Assembly: GCA_040758355.1 (NCBI GenBank)
Contig: JBFLWF010000030.1
Span: forward strand, 1 to 26,531
Length of the DNA: 26,531 bases
Direction: 5' to 3'
Source: Nitrospirota bacterium
GTDB lineage: Bacteria > Nitrospirota > Thermodesulfovibrionia > Thermodesulfovibrionales > Dissulfurispiraceae
Part shown: positions 1 through 7,796 of the stretch, one piece after another
How the letters are laid out: each line of letters opens with the position of its first letter
How positions within the stretch are numbered: position 1 is the first letter of the stretch
Position numbers and translations under genes: made by a program
Notes under the pieces: generated by a model
The model's input: only the letters and a program-made list of their open reading frames with translations
Told to the model about the DNA's origin: nothing
Database searches by the model: none

Positions 1-2
1 AG

Positions 3-107
3 AAAAATGTTGAATGGGTGGCAGCAAAGAGCGTTGGCATTACAGGTCAGCAGAATTGCACGGATTGCCACGGCTCAAACATTCCGACACCGCCGAAAGC
101 AAAATAG
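3..107 (+). CDS. 3' end of a c-type cytochrome gene (truncated by window start)
   Basis: Not in the ORF track. Frame starting at 3 reads KNVEWVAAKSVGITGQQNCTDCHGSNIPTPPKAK*, with a CxxCH heme-binding motif at 57-71 and TAG at 105-107, followed by a GC-rich hairpin. Confidence 0.75.
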   Translation, partial: KNVEWVAAKSVGITGQQNCTDCHGSNIPTPPKAK

Positions 108-122
108 CCCTAAAACAAAATC

Positions 123-147
123 ATGGGCGGGCATTATGCCCGCCCGT
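123..147 (+). terminator. GC-rich hairpin after the cytochrome gene (terminator-like or REP-like)
   Basis: GGGCGGGCA-TTA-TGCCCGCCC is a perfect 9-bp stem (125-145). There is no clear U-tract. Confidence 0.45.
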
Positions 148-265
148 ATCTAATTCCAAATTTATAGACTTTGTCTATCATTCTTTTAATTTCCATCTAT
201 AAAAACTATTGGAATTTTCTATCCCTGAATGAATAGCATATTAACAAAAAAAACAGGGGGTACCT

Positions 266-1285
266 ATGCGCTTATCAAAGGTTTGTATTTTTCTGCTCAC
301 GATTCTTTTTACAGTCTCTCTTTCAAATATTGCCTTAGCTAAAGAGAGAAAAGCGAATGTCACTATTCAGTTCAACCTGAATGCACCTTCTGATGCAAAG
401 AATGTCAGGCTGTGGATTCCTTATCCGATGTCCGATGAGAATCAGGATATTACAGATGCCGATATAAAGGGCAATTTCGCATCAACAGGTATTTACAGGG
501 ATGCAAGATTCGGCAATAACACCCTTTTTGCAGAATGGAAAGAGACCGGAAAGGAAAGAGTGTTGACTTATTCATTCAATATAAAGAGAAAAGAGCATAT
601 TACAAAGGACTTCCCCAAAAAAGAGATGTCTGTTTCAGAGGATGAATTCAGCAAATATCTTGAGCCAACAAGCAGTTGTCCAACAGGCGGGAAAGTAAAA
701 AAGTACGCCGATAAAATAACAAAGGGCAAAAAGACCGTACGCGCAAAGGCAAGGGCAATTTATGATTGGATTGTGGACAATATGCATCGCGACCCAAATG
801 TTAAGGGATGCGGCTTTGGTGTAGTGGAGACACTCCTTGAAACGAAAGGTGGGAAGTGTGCCGATATTCATTCTGTCTTTGTTGCCTTATCACGTGCTGC
901 AGGTATTCCTGCAAGAGAAGTCTTCGGTATCAGAATCCCAAAAGGCAAAGAAGGTGACATGACAAAGGCGCAGCACTGCTGGGCAGAATTCTATTTACCG
1001 GGATACGGGTGGGTCGTTGTTGATCCGGCAGATGTAAGGAAGGCAATACTTGAGCAAAAGCTCACTATCGAACAGGCAAAACCATTGAGAGAGTATTACT
1101 TTGGCGCCGTCGATGAAAGCAGGATAGCATTCGGAACAGGAAGGGATATTATGCTGAACCCTTCACAGAGCAGAGGCCCTTTAAATTATTTCATGTATCC
1201 GTATGCAGAGGCTGACGGAAAACCGTTGAATGAGGACCTTTTCGGATTCAATATTGGTTATAAGATAAGCTTTAAAGAACAATAA
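266..1285 (+). CDS. Secreted transglutaminase-like (Cys-His-Asp) domain protein
   Basis: Signal peptide ending ALA|KE. Triad motifs GGKCADIHS, AQHCWAEFY and WVVVDPAD; also KARAIYDWI and GCGFG. SD-like AGGGGG upstream. Confidence 0.85.
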   Translation: MRLSKVCIFLLTILFTVSLSNIALAKERKANVTIQFNLNAPSDAKNVRLWIPYPMSDENQDITDADIKGNFASTGIYRDARFGNNTLFAEWKETGKERVLTYSFNIKRKEHITKDFPKKEMSVSEDEFSKYLEPTSSCPTGGKVKKYADKITKGKKTVRAKARAIYDWIVDNMHRDPNVKGCGFGVVETLLETKGGKCADIHSVFVALSRAAGIPAREVFGIRIPKGKEGDMTKAQHCWAEFYLPGYGWVVVDPADVRKAILEQKLTIEQAKPLREYYFGAVDESRIAFGTGRDIMLNPSQSRGPLNYFMYPYAEADGKPLNEDLFGFNIGYKISFKEQ

Positions 1286-1297
1286 AGGGGGATAACG

Positions 1298-1975
1298 ATG
1301 AAGGCATTTATCAAATCAGTTTTGATTCTTTTGGTTATGGTCATTGCTTTTATTACAGGCAATAAGGCATTTGCACTGGATAATCTTCCAACAAAGGAAA
1401 ATCCTCTATTTATTGACAAGAAGAACAAACAAGTATTGATATACACCGAAATCAATGCAATGCACCTCTATCAGCCTACTGTCCACTGGGGAGTTGTCTT
1501 TAAAGACGGAAGGTTTGGAGACAGGGCTATCTTAAAGGCTTACTGCAACCAGCTCGATTTCCACGATGCATTGATCCAGATAGGTGCAAAGCCAGGCAAT
1601 AGCCTCGCAAAAGAAAGTGCGGGGAAACATGTCGAAGGAGACGATTTGATTGTCACTGCAATCGTTTCCGGGCAAAGCAAAGAATTACCATTAAGCGATA
1701 TTTTTTACGACTCATCGGGCAAGGGTTTTAAGATAAAATTTGGAGGGAACAGGACAGCATCTGCGGCAGAAAAGACAGGCTGCATCACATGCCTTGAAAG
1801 CTGCTGGATATCTATTACGAGTAATGCAGCCTATCCTATGACAAGTCCTTTGCAGAGATTTATTTCTCCAAATTCTCAATTTAGAGGCAAACTGGAAACA
1901 CTTCCTGCAAAGGAAGGGCATCCTGTGATTCTTATTTACAGATTCGCCAACAAAGGAGAAACACATGCTCATTGA
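1298..1975 (+). CDS. ydjY: Exported YdjY-like protein with CxxCxxxC motif
   Basis: Signal peptide ending AFA|LD. FHDALIQIGAKPGN, FGGN and TGCITCLESC resemble the YdjY family. SD AAGGGGG. Confidence 0.7.
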   Translation: MKAFIKSVLILLVMVIAFITGNKAFALDNLPTKENPLFIDKKNKQVLIYTEINAMHLYQPTVHWGVVFKDGRFGDRAILKAYCNQLDFHDALIQIGAKPGNSLAKESAGKHVEGDDLIVTAIVSGQSKELPLSDIFYDSSGKGFKIKFGGNRTASAAEKTGCITCLESCWISITSNAAYPMTSPLQRFISPNSQFRGKLETLPAKEGHPVILIYRFANKGETHAH

Positions 1976-2552
1976 TGCGAGAGGCCAAGCCTGTCCGAAG
2001 CCTGTTTTAATGGCTGAGGAGGCTTTGTCAAAATTAGAAGAAGGCATAGTAGAAATACTCGTGGACAACGAGGCATCAGTCGGCAATCTCTCACGCTTTG
2101 CCACAAAGAATGCCTTCTATTCTGAGACTGTCAGGGAAGATAACTACTGGAGGGTAAAGATTGTAAAAGGCTATCCTTGCGAACTCCCCGTTGAAGAAGA
2201 GAAGAAAGAGCCGGAAAAGGAAATTCTGCTTATAATCGGCTCTGATGTTATGGGCAAAGAAGAGGAACTGGGCAAAATCCTTATGAAGGCGTTCTTTGAA
2301 ACCATGAAGGTAACAAAAGAAATTCCTCATACAATATTCTTTCTAAATGCAGGAATAAAACTTACCACCACAAATGAAAATATCATCCCTATTTTGAAAG
2401 AACTCGAGTCCATGGGAGTCGAGATTTTCTCATGCGGAACATGCCTGAAGCACTATAACCTTGAATCGAAGCTTAAAGTCGGTTATAGAGGGACAACAAA
2501 CCACATTGTGGAAGGAATGAAGGATTTTAAGAAGACTGTGTGGATAGGATAA
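1965..2552 (+). CDS. yedF: Sulfurtransferase-like selenium metabolism protein YedF (TusA domain + DsrE-like domain)
   Basis: N-terminal IDARGQACPKP (TusA/SirA CPxP). C-terminal ELGKILMKAFF...FLNAG...SCGTCLKHY. SD AAGGAG. Confidence 0.88.
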   Translation: MLIDARGQACPKPVLMAEEALSKLEEGIVEILVDNEASVGNLSRFATKNAFYSETVREDNYWRVKIVKGYPCELPVEEEKKEPEKEILLIIGSDVMGKEEELGKILMKAFFETMKVTKEIPHTIFFLNAGIKLTTTNENIIPILKELESMGVEIFSCGTCLKHYNLESKLKVGYRGTTNHIVEGMKDFKKTVWIG

Positions 2553-2579
2553 AAAGGCATTGCCTGAAAATAATAAGAA

Positions 2580-3248
2580 ATGAAAATATCGGTAATAATC
2601 CCTGTTCTTAATGAAAAACAAAACATAAAAGCCTGCATAGCTTCTGCCATGAGATTAAATCCGGCAGAGATTATCGTCGTTGACGGCGGCAGCACAGACA
2701 GGACAAAAGAGATTGCAGAAAATGAAGGGGCCTTTGTCATCCAATCCCCCAGGGGAAGAGGCATCCAGATGAATACGGGTGCCTCTATTGCAAATGGCGG
2801 TATACTGCTCTTTCTCCATGCTGACTCGCTTATTACCATCAGAGTGGATATAAAGGATTATATTGCCAAGGGATATATAGGCGGATTTTTCAAACTCAGA
2901 TTCGATGATAAATCAATCTCCACACGTCTTGTGGAGATTTTTGCAAATCTGAGGGCAAGGCTGTTCTCCCTGCCATATGGGGATCAGGCGATATTTATCA
3001 GAAAAGACATTTTCCAGATGATCGGAGGATTTAAAGCCTATCCGTTCCTTGAGGATATCGATCTGGTGATAAGGCTTAAGAAATTCGGCAGACTTAAATA
3101 CATACCGCATAGCGTCATAGCATCCGCAAGAAGGCTCAAAAAGGGGTATTTTCTTTCGCCCATTGCGGTGAGTTTTAGAAACGTCCTGATTGCGATGCTC
3201 TTTATTATTGGTGCAAACCCGCACAAACTTATAAAACTATACAGGTAA
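2580..3248 (+). CDS. GT2 glycosyltransferase, TIGR04283-like (rSAM/selenodomain-associated, arsenosugar cluster)
   Basis: ISVIIPVLNE, VVDGGSTD, GRGIQMNTGA, LFLHAD, LPYGDQAIF, FLED and SARR motifs; adjacent to the ArsS-like gene. Confidence 0.85.
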   Translation: MKISVIIPVLNEKQNIKACIASAMRLNPAEIIVVDGGSTDRTKEIAENEGAFVIQSPRGRGIQMNTGASIANGGILLFLHADSLITIRVDIKDYIAKGYIGGFFKLRFDDKSISTRLVEIFANLRARLFSLPYGDQAIFIRKDIFQMIGGFKAYPFLEDIDLVIRLKKFGRLKYIPHSVIASARRLKKGYFLSPIAVSFRNVLIAMLFIIGANPHKLIKLYR

Positions 3249-3259
3249 GGAAAACATTT

Positions 3260-4255
3260 ATGGCTAATTTTCTATCGCTGCCAACAAGGCGAACCTGCTG
3301 CCCAACAGCACAATATAATAACGTGTCATTTGGACGAAGGCTGGAGATGGCGAACAAGTCTTTAAAAAAAGACATGATAACTACCATTCAGGTCAATGTG
3401 GGAAATCTCTGTAACCAATCCTGCATACACTGCCATGTTGATGCATCACCCGAAAATACCGAAATTATGCCCTTCGAGGTAATGGAAGATATTATAAATC
3501 TATTAAAAAGCAACCATGGCTTTACTCTCGATATAACAGGAGGTGCGCCTGAACTTCATCCGGATATGGAGAATTTTATATCAGAGTGCTCGTCTTATGT
3601 AAATGCCGTATCTTTCAGAAGCAACCTTACCGCACTGCTGCTCAAAAAAACCCTGATAAAAACTCTGAAGGATCATAAGGTAGAGCTTATCTGCTCCCTG
3701 CCAGATATATCGGCTCGGAAAACAGATTATCAGAGGGGCAAAGGGGTTTTTGAGAAATCAATTCAGGCATTGAAAATGCTAAATGATATTGGTTATGGCC
3801 ATGATCTGACACTGCATCTTGTCCACAATCCATCAGAATTTATGCTTCCCGAATTGCAATGCATAATCGAGAAACGGTATAGAAGTTATCTCTTAGAGGA
3901 GTACGGGATATTTTTCCACAAACTTTTTGTACTCAACAATATGCCCATAGGCAGATTCAAAAAAACGCTCGACAGCCAAAACAACTACAGCCAATATATG
4001 GGAACACTTTCTTCAAATTTCAATCCAGCAACCATAGACGGACTGATGTGTAAATTTACACTCAATATCGGATGGGATGGAAAACTCTACGATTGCGATT
4101 TCAACAATGCACTGAATATGCCTATAAATAGTCTTGCATTAAAAGATTTAAACCTCGATTTATTGTCAGGCGGAAATATTATTGTCGGAGACCACTGTTA
4201 CGGCTGTACTGCTCTGAAAGGGTCAGGATGTTATGGGACCGTCGCCGCTGATTAA
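3260..4255 (+). CDS. arsS: Radical SAM protein of the ArsS/TIGR04167 (DUF3641) family
   Basis: QVNVGNLCNQSCIHCHVDASP (CxxxCxxC), DITGGAPELHP, NMPIGRF, LMC, YDCDFN and C-terminal HCYGCTALKGSGC. Confidence 0.88.
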   Translation: MANFLSLPTRRTCCPTAQYNNVSFGRRLEMANKSLKKDMITTIQVNVGNLCNQSCIHCHVDASPENTEIMPFEVMEDIINLLKSNHGFTLDITGGAPELHPDMENFISECSSYVNAVSFRSNLTALLLKKTLIKTLKDHKVELICSLPDISARKTDYQRGKGVFEKSIQALKMLNDIGYGHDLTLHLVHNPSEFMLPELQCIIEKRYRSYLLEEYGIFFHKLFVLNNMPIGRFKKTLDSQNNYSQYMGTLSSNFNPATIDGLMCKFTLNIGWDGKLYDCDFNNALNMPINSLALKDLNLDLLSGGNIIVGDHCYGCTALKGSGCYGTVAAD

Positions 4256-5912
4256 CGGATTTTTAGAACAGTGTAATTCCTGCGGCAAATGCAAAGAGGC
4301 TTGTCCTTTTTTAAGCAGCTATGGCACCCCAAAAGAGATTATTCTGGACAATTCAGCAGATGTCTTCTTGTGTGCCAACTGCAGAGGCTGCAACTCTTTA
4401 TGCCCGCAAACGCTCACGCCATCAGAGGCATTACTGCACTTTAAACACCAACTCTTAAAGACAGGACAGCTTCCAGAAAAAACAAAGTCGTCCATAGCCT
4501 CTGCCAATGCCTTTGCTATGAGGGGACATAAATTTCCATTTACATACTATTCAAAAGAGGAGACTGCCTTCTGGCCGGGCTGTTCGCTGCAGGGAACAAG
4601 ACCGGATGTGGTAAAAAAAATCATTAAGATTTTGAAGGTTGGATTAGTCCTTGACTGTTGCTTTGATCCTTCATTCCACAATGGAGACCTCGATGCGGTG
4701 GAAGCGGCATCGGAAAGAATAAAGAAGCGGTTGAAGAAACATGGAATAAAGCACCTGATTTTAGGCTGCACCAACTGCAAAAAAATATTCTCTCTCTACA
4801 TGCCAGAAATTAAAACAGAGCACATCCTCGAAGTACTCACTGAAACAACCTCAAAGCCGAAACATTACTTTGACTTACAGGACATCTATCTTCATCATCC
4901 ATGCCCGTCATATAGATTCGATCTTATCAGGGAAAATGCAAACACACGCCTCGCACCCTTCGTAACCATCACCGCACAGCCATCCCGACCCCTCTGTTGC
5001 GGGCTTGGAGGCGCTGCGCACGCACTGTCCGAAGAACTGTCTGATCAATACACTGAAAAGGTCATATCTGATGCAAAGGGACATCCAATTGTCACCTACT
5101 GTATGGGATGCAAGAACAAATACCTTAAGAAGGGTAAAGATGCATACCATATCCTTGAGTTTATAACAGATGCCAAACCTTTAAAGCAGTCTGTTTCATC
5201 CGGCCGTAAATGGCTCAACAGATTGCTTCTCGCTATGGAACAACGACTGAAAACCAAAAGATTCCTCCTCGGCACAGTAGTGATCATGGCAATAATTATT
5301 TCCACGTATCTCAGAAAATTCGGATATATTTCACCTGAATCTTTGTTCGGTTTCATCCAGCAATACAATGTTCTGGCGCCAGCATTGTTCATCCTTATTT
5401 ATGCTGTCGGCCCCAGCATATTTATTCCCAGTCTGCCGCTGACGTTAGGGGCAGGCTTCCTCTGGGGGCCACTCTGGGGCGTTATTTTTTCCATTACCGG
5501 TGCAACCATCGGTGCGTCGATTCCCTTTCTCCTTGCGCGGTATATCATAGGCAACACCATCAAGGAGCGATTCAGTTACGCCAGATGGGAGTGGCTTAAA
5601 GAAAAAGTTGAGCGCCACGGCTGGAAGGCGGTTGCATTCACGCGGATCGTCCCCATATTCCCCTACCCTGTCCTGAACTATCTTTTCGGCATCACACCCA
5701 TACCCTTTTTCCATTATCTCTGGAGCACACTTGTATTCATGCTTCCGGCCTGCATCGCTTATGTAGCCTTCGGAAGCTCGATGGGAGAGTTAATTCTCAA
5801 AGGAAATATAAAAGGCATCATAACAGGTATTTTGATAGCCTCCGTTGCGATGATACTGCCAGTTGCCTTCAAACCAATGTTAAAGAAGGTATTGCCCAGC
5901 AAGAATGAATAA
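4233..5912 (+). CDS. Fe-S oxidoreductase (2x[4Fe-4S] + CCG domains) fused to a C-terminal VTT/TVP38 (DedA-like) membrane domain
   Basis: CNSCGKCKEACP and CANCRGCNSLCP ferredoxin motifs; WPGC, DCC, GCTNC, HHPC, CCGLGG and YCMGC. The C-terminus is hydrophobic with LTLGAGFLWG, FLLARY and RIVPIFPYPVLNYLFG. Confidence 0.82.
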   Translation: MGPSPLINGFLEQCNSCGKCKEACPFLSSYGTPKEIILDNSADVFLCANCRGCNSLCPQTLTPSEALLHFKHQLLKTGQLPEKTKSSIASANAFAMRGHKFPFTYYSKEETAFWPGCSLQGTRPDVVKKIIKILKVGLVLDCCFDPSFHNGDLDAVEAASERIKKRLKKHGIKHLILGCTNCKKIFSLYMPEIKTEHILEVLTETTSKPKHYFDLQDIYLHHPCPSYRFDLIRENANTRLAPFVTITAQPSRPLCCGLGGAAHALSEELSDQYTEKVISDAKGHPIVTYCMGCKNKYLKKGKDAYHILEFITDAKPLKQSVSSGRKWLNRLLLAMEQRLKTKRFLLGTVVIMAIIISTYLRKFGYISPESLFGFIQQYNVLAPALFILIYAVGPSIFIPSLPLTLGAGFLWGPLWGVIFSITGATIGASIPFLLARYIIGNTIKERFSYARWEWLKEKVERHGWKAVAFTRIVPIFPYPVLNYLFGITPIPFFHYLWSTLVFMLPACIAYVAFGSSMGELILKGNIKGIITGILIASVAMILPVAFKPMLKKVLPSKNE

Positions 5913-6525
5913 CAAGTCTGCACTCGGCATTCTTTTCAGAATCCCTGAATACGGCAAGGTCAAAAAGCGGCTTGCCGCACAAATAGGGACAGAAGATGCG
6001 CTCTCGGTATACGCAGCCATGCTTTATGAGACGATAGAGAGTGTCTCAAAGCTAACGGATATAGACATCTATGGTTTTTACGAAGGTCTGGCATTAACAC
6101 AGCATAGCTTACTTAAAAAATTTCAATCAATGCCGCAGAAAGGAAAAGACCTCGGAGAAAGGATGCTTAACGCTGTCCAATGGCTTTTTGAAAAAGGATA
6201 CAACAAGGTCGTTTTAATCGGCGCAGATTCTCCTGACCTGCCTGCCTACTATATCAAAGATGCCTTCTTAAAATTAAATTCCTCCGAATTTGTAATAGGT
6301 CCTGCAGTGGATGGAGGTTATTATCTCATAGGCATGAACATGCCTTTAGACAGCATCTTTAAAGGAATAAAATGGGGCAGTAACAGCGTCTTGAAAGATA
6401 CTATCTCCATTGCAAACAATGAAGGTATCAGATATTTTTTGCTTCCTCAATGGTATGACATAGATGACATTGAAAGTCTAAGACAGTGGAAGAATCAACA
6501 ATTCTCTAATTCTTTCTTGCCATAA
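5905..6525 (+). CDS. TIGR04282-like (DUF2064, CofC-like) transferase
   Basis: PEYGKVKKRLA, QKGKDLGERM, VLIGADSPDL, IGPAVDGGYYLIG and WYDIDDIESL. 3' end overlaps the nifS 3' end by 31 bp. Confidence 0.85.
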   Translation: MNNKSALGILFRIPEYGKVKKRLAAQIGTEDALSVYAAMLYETIESVSKLTDIDIYGFYEGLALTQHSLLKKFQSMPQKGKDLGERMLNAVQWLFEKGYNKVVLIGADSPDLPAYYIKDAFLKLNSSEFVIGPAVDGGYYLIGMNMPLDSIFKGIKWGSNSVLKDTISIANNEGIRYFLLPQWYDIDDIESLRQWKNQQFSNSFLP

Positions 6526-7667
6526 GGGGAGAGCATTCTCAGTTCCTTTATTATGGCCGGCATAATCTCGATAACTTTATCTATTTCTTCTTCCGTATTG
6601 TATCGGCTAAGTGAGAATCTTATGGAGCCGTGTATGGCATTGAAGGGGATACCCATTGCCCTTAAAACATGGCTTGGCTCAAGAGAGCCTGATGTGCAGG
6701 CTGAGCCTGACGAGGCGCAGATGCCATATTCATCGAGTCTCAGGAGTATGGCCTCACCCTCGATATACCTGAAACTCATATTTGTTGTATTGGGAAGACG
6801 GTTTTCGATGTCGCCGTTGATCTGTGAATCTGGACATAAATCAAGCAACGCCTTTTCAAGTTTATCCCTGAGACTGCTTAAATAGCCTGCCTCTTTATGC
6901 AGATGTTCTTTAGCGAGTTCGCATGCCTTTCCAAGACCAATTATTGACGCTACATTTTCTGTGCCTGCCCTCCTTCCATGCTCCTGATGTCCGCCGATTA
7001 TGTATGGATAAAACCTTGTGCCTTTCCTTACATAAAGCGCACCCACTCCCTTTGGCGCATGCAGCTTGTGCCCTGAAAGTGATAGCACATCAACCGGCAG
7101 TCCTTTGACATTAATTGGTATCTTTCCTACTGCCTGAACTGCATCTGTATGGAAAACTATTTTTCTTTCCCTTAAAATTTCTCCTATCTCCTTTATTGGG
7201 AAGATAACCCCTGTTTCGTTATTCGCATACATTATTGAAACCATGGCTGTATCATCATCCACTGCCTTGAGAAACGCATCCATATCAAACCTTCCCAGTT
7301 TATCTACAGGAAGAAATGTAACCCTGAAGCCCTTTCTTGCTAAGTGCTTGCAGAAATTAAGGACAGCAGGGTGCTCAACCCTCGTTGTGATGACATGCCT
7401 CTTTTGAGGATAAGATTCTATTGCGCTCATTATTGCGGTGTTGTCGCTTTCTGTGCCGCAGCTTGTAAATATTATCTCTTCAGGCTCTGCATTAATAAGG
7501 ACTGCAACCTTTGCCCGCGCATCTTCTATCTTTCTGTGGAGGTGTCCTCCAAAGGTGTGCATGCTGGATGGATTTCCATAAAAATCTCCGAGGTACGGGA
7601 GCATCTCGTCCAATACCTCCGGGGCTATCGGTGTGGTTGCATTATTGTCAAAATATATCGGCTTCAT
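6495..7667 (-). CDS. nifS: Cysteine desulfurase NifS
   Basis: YFDNNATT, FTSCGTE, HTDAVQAVGK, SGHKLHAPKG (PLP lysine), RAGTENV and SSGSACTSGSLEPSHVL. Start placed at ATG 7667; GTG 7670 is an alternative. Confidence 0.95.
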   Translation of the reverse strand: MKPIYFDNNATTPIAPEVLDEMLPYLGDFYGNPSSMHTFGGHLHRKIEDARAKVAVLINAEPEEIIFTSCGTESDNTAIMSAIESYPQKRHVITTRVEHPAVLNFCKHLARKGFRVTFLPVDKLGRFDMDAFLKAVDDDTAMVSIMYANNETGVIFPIKEIGEILRERKIVFHTDAVQAVGKIPINVKGLPVDVLSLSGHKLHAPKGVGALYVRKGTRFYPYIIGGHQEHGRRAGTENVASIIGLGKACELAKEHLHKEAGYLSSLRDKLEKALLDLCPDSQINGDIENRLPNTTNMSFRYIEGEAILLRLDEYGICASSGSACTSGSLEPSHVLRAMGIPFNAIHGSIRFSLSRYNTEEEIDKVIEIMPAIIKELRMLSPYGKKELENC

Positions 7668-7696
7668 CACTCCATCACTCCATTACTCCATTACTG
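7665..7696. repeat. 4x 8-bp tandem repeat CAT(C/T)ACT(C/G) overlapping the nifS start
   Basis: catcactc catcactc cattactc cattactg. On the - strand this gives repeated ATGGAGT(A/G) units. Confidence 0.8.
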
Positions 7697-7697
7697 C

Positions 7698-7794
7698 CTA
7701 AATTGAGCAATTCTAATCCCAAAATATATGTCAGGTGCGGCGAAAAGAGGAGTCTTTGAGCAGTGCCTGACATATATAAAATCGCTCAACATAG
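7698..7794 (+). repeat. Long intergenic hairpin between nifU and nifS
   Basis: ATATATGTCAGG (7724-7735) pairs with CCTGACATATAT (7766-7777). Inner stem AAAGA/TCTTT closes a GGAG loop. Outer TTGAGC (7703-7708) pairs with GCTCAA (7784-7789). Confidence 0.75.
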
Positions 7795-7796
7795 AT

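Noticed and set aside
14..202. 62-aa ORF from the track
   Set aside because: It overlaps the CxxCH-containing frame and runs through the hairpin; no recognisable motif.
266..6525. Selenocysteine (in-frame TGA) in the yedF/arsS operon
   Set aside because: All seven ORFs are open and the motif cysteines inspected are TGT/TGC. The TGA ending ydjY lies inside the yedF coding start and looks like a true stop.
7665..7696. CRISPR array
   Set aside because: These are 8-bp head-to-tail repeats without spacers, and there are no cas genes.
7724..7777. SECIS-like element (tandem G·A pairs)
   Set aside because: It is intergenic and does not follow an in-frame UGA, as a bacterial SECIS would.
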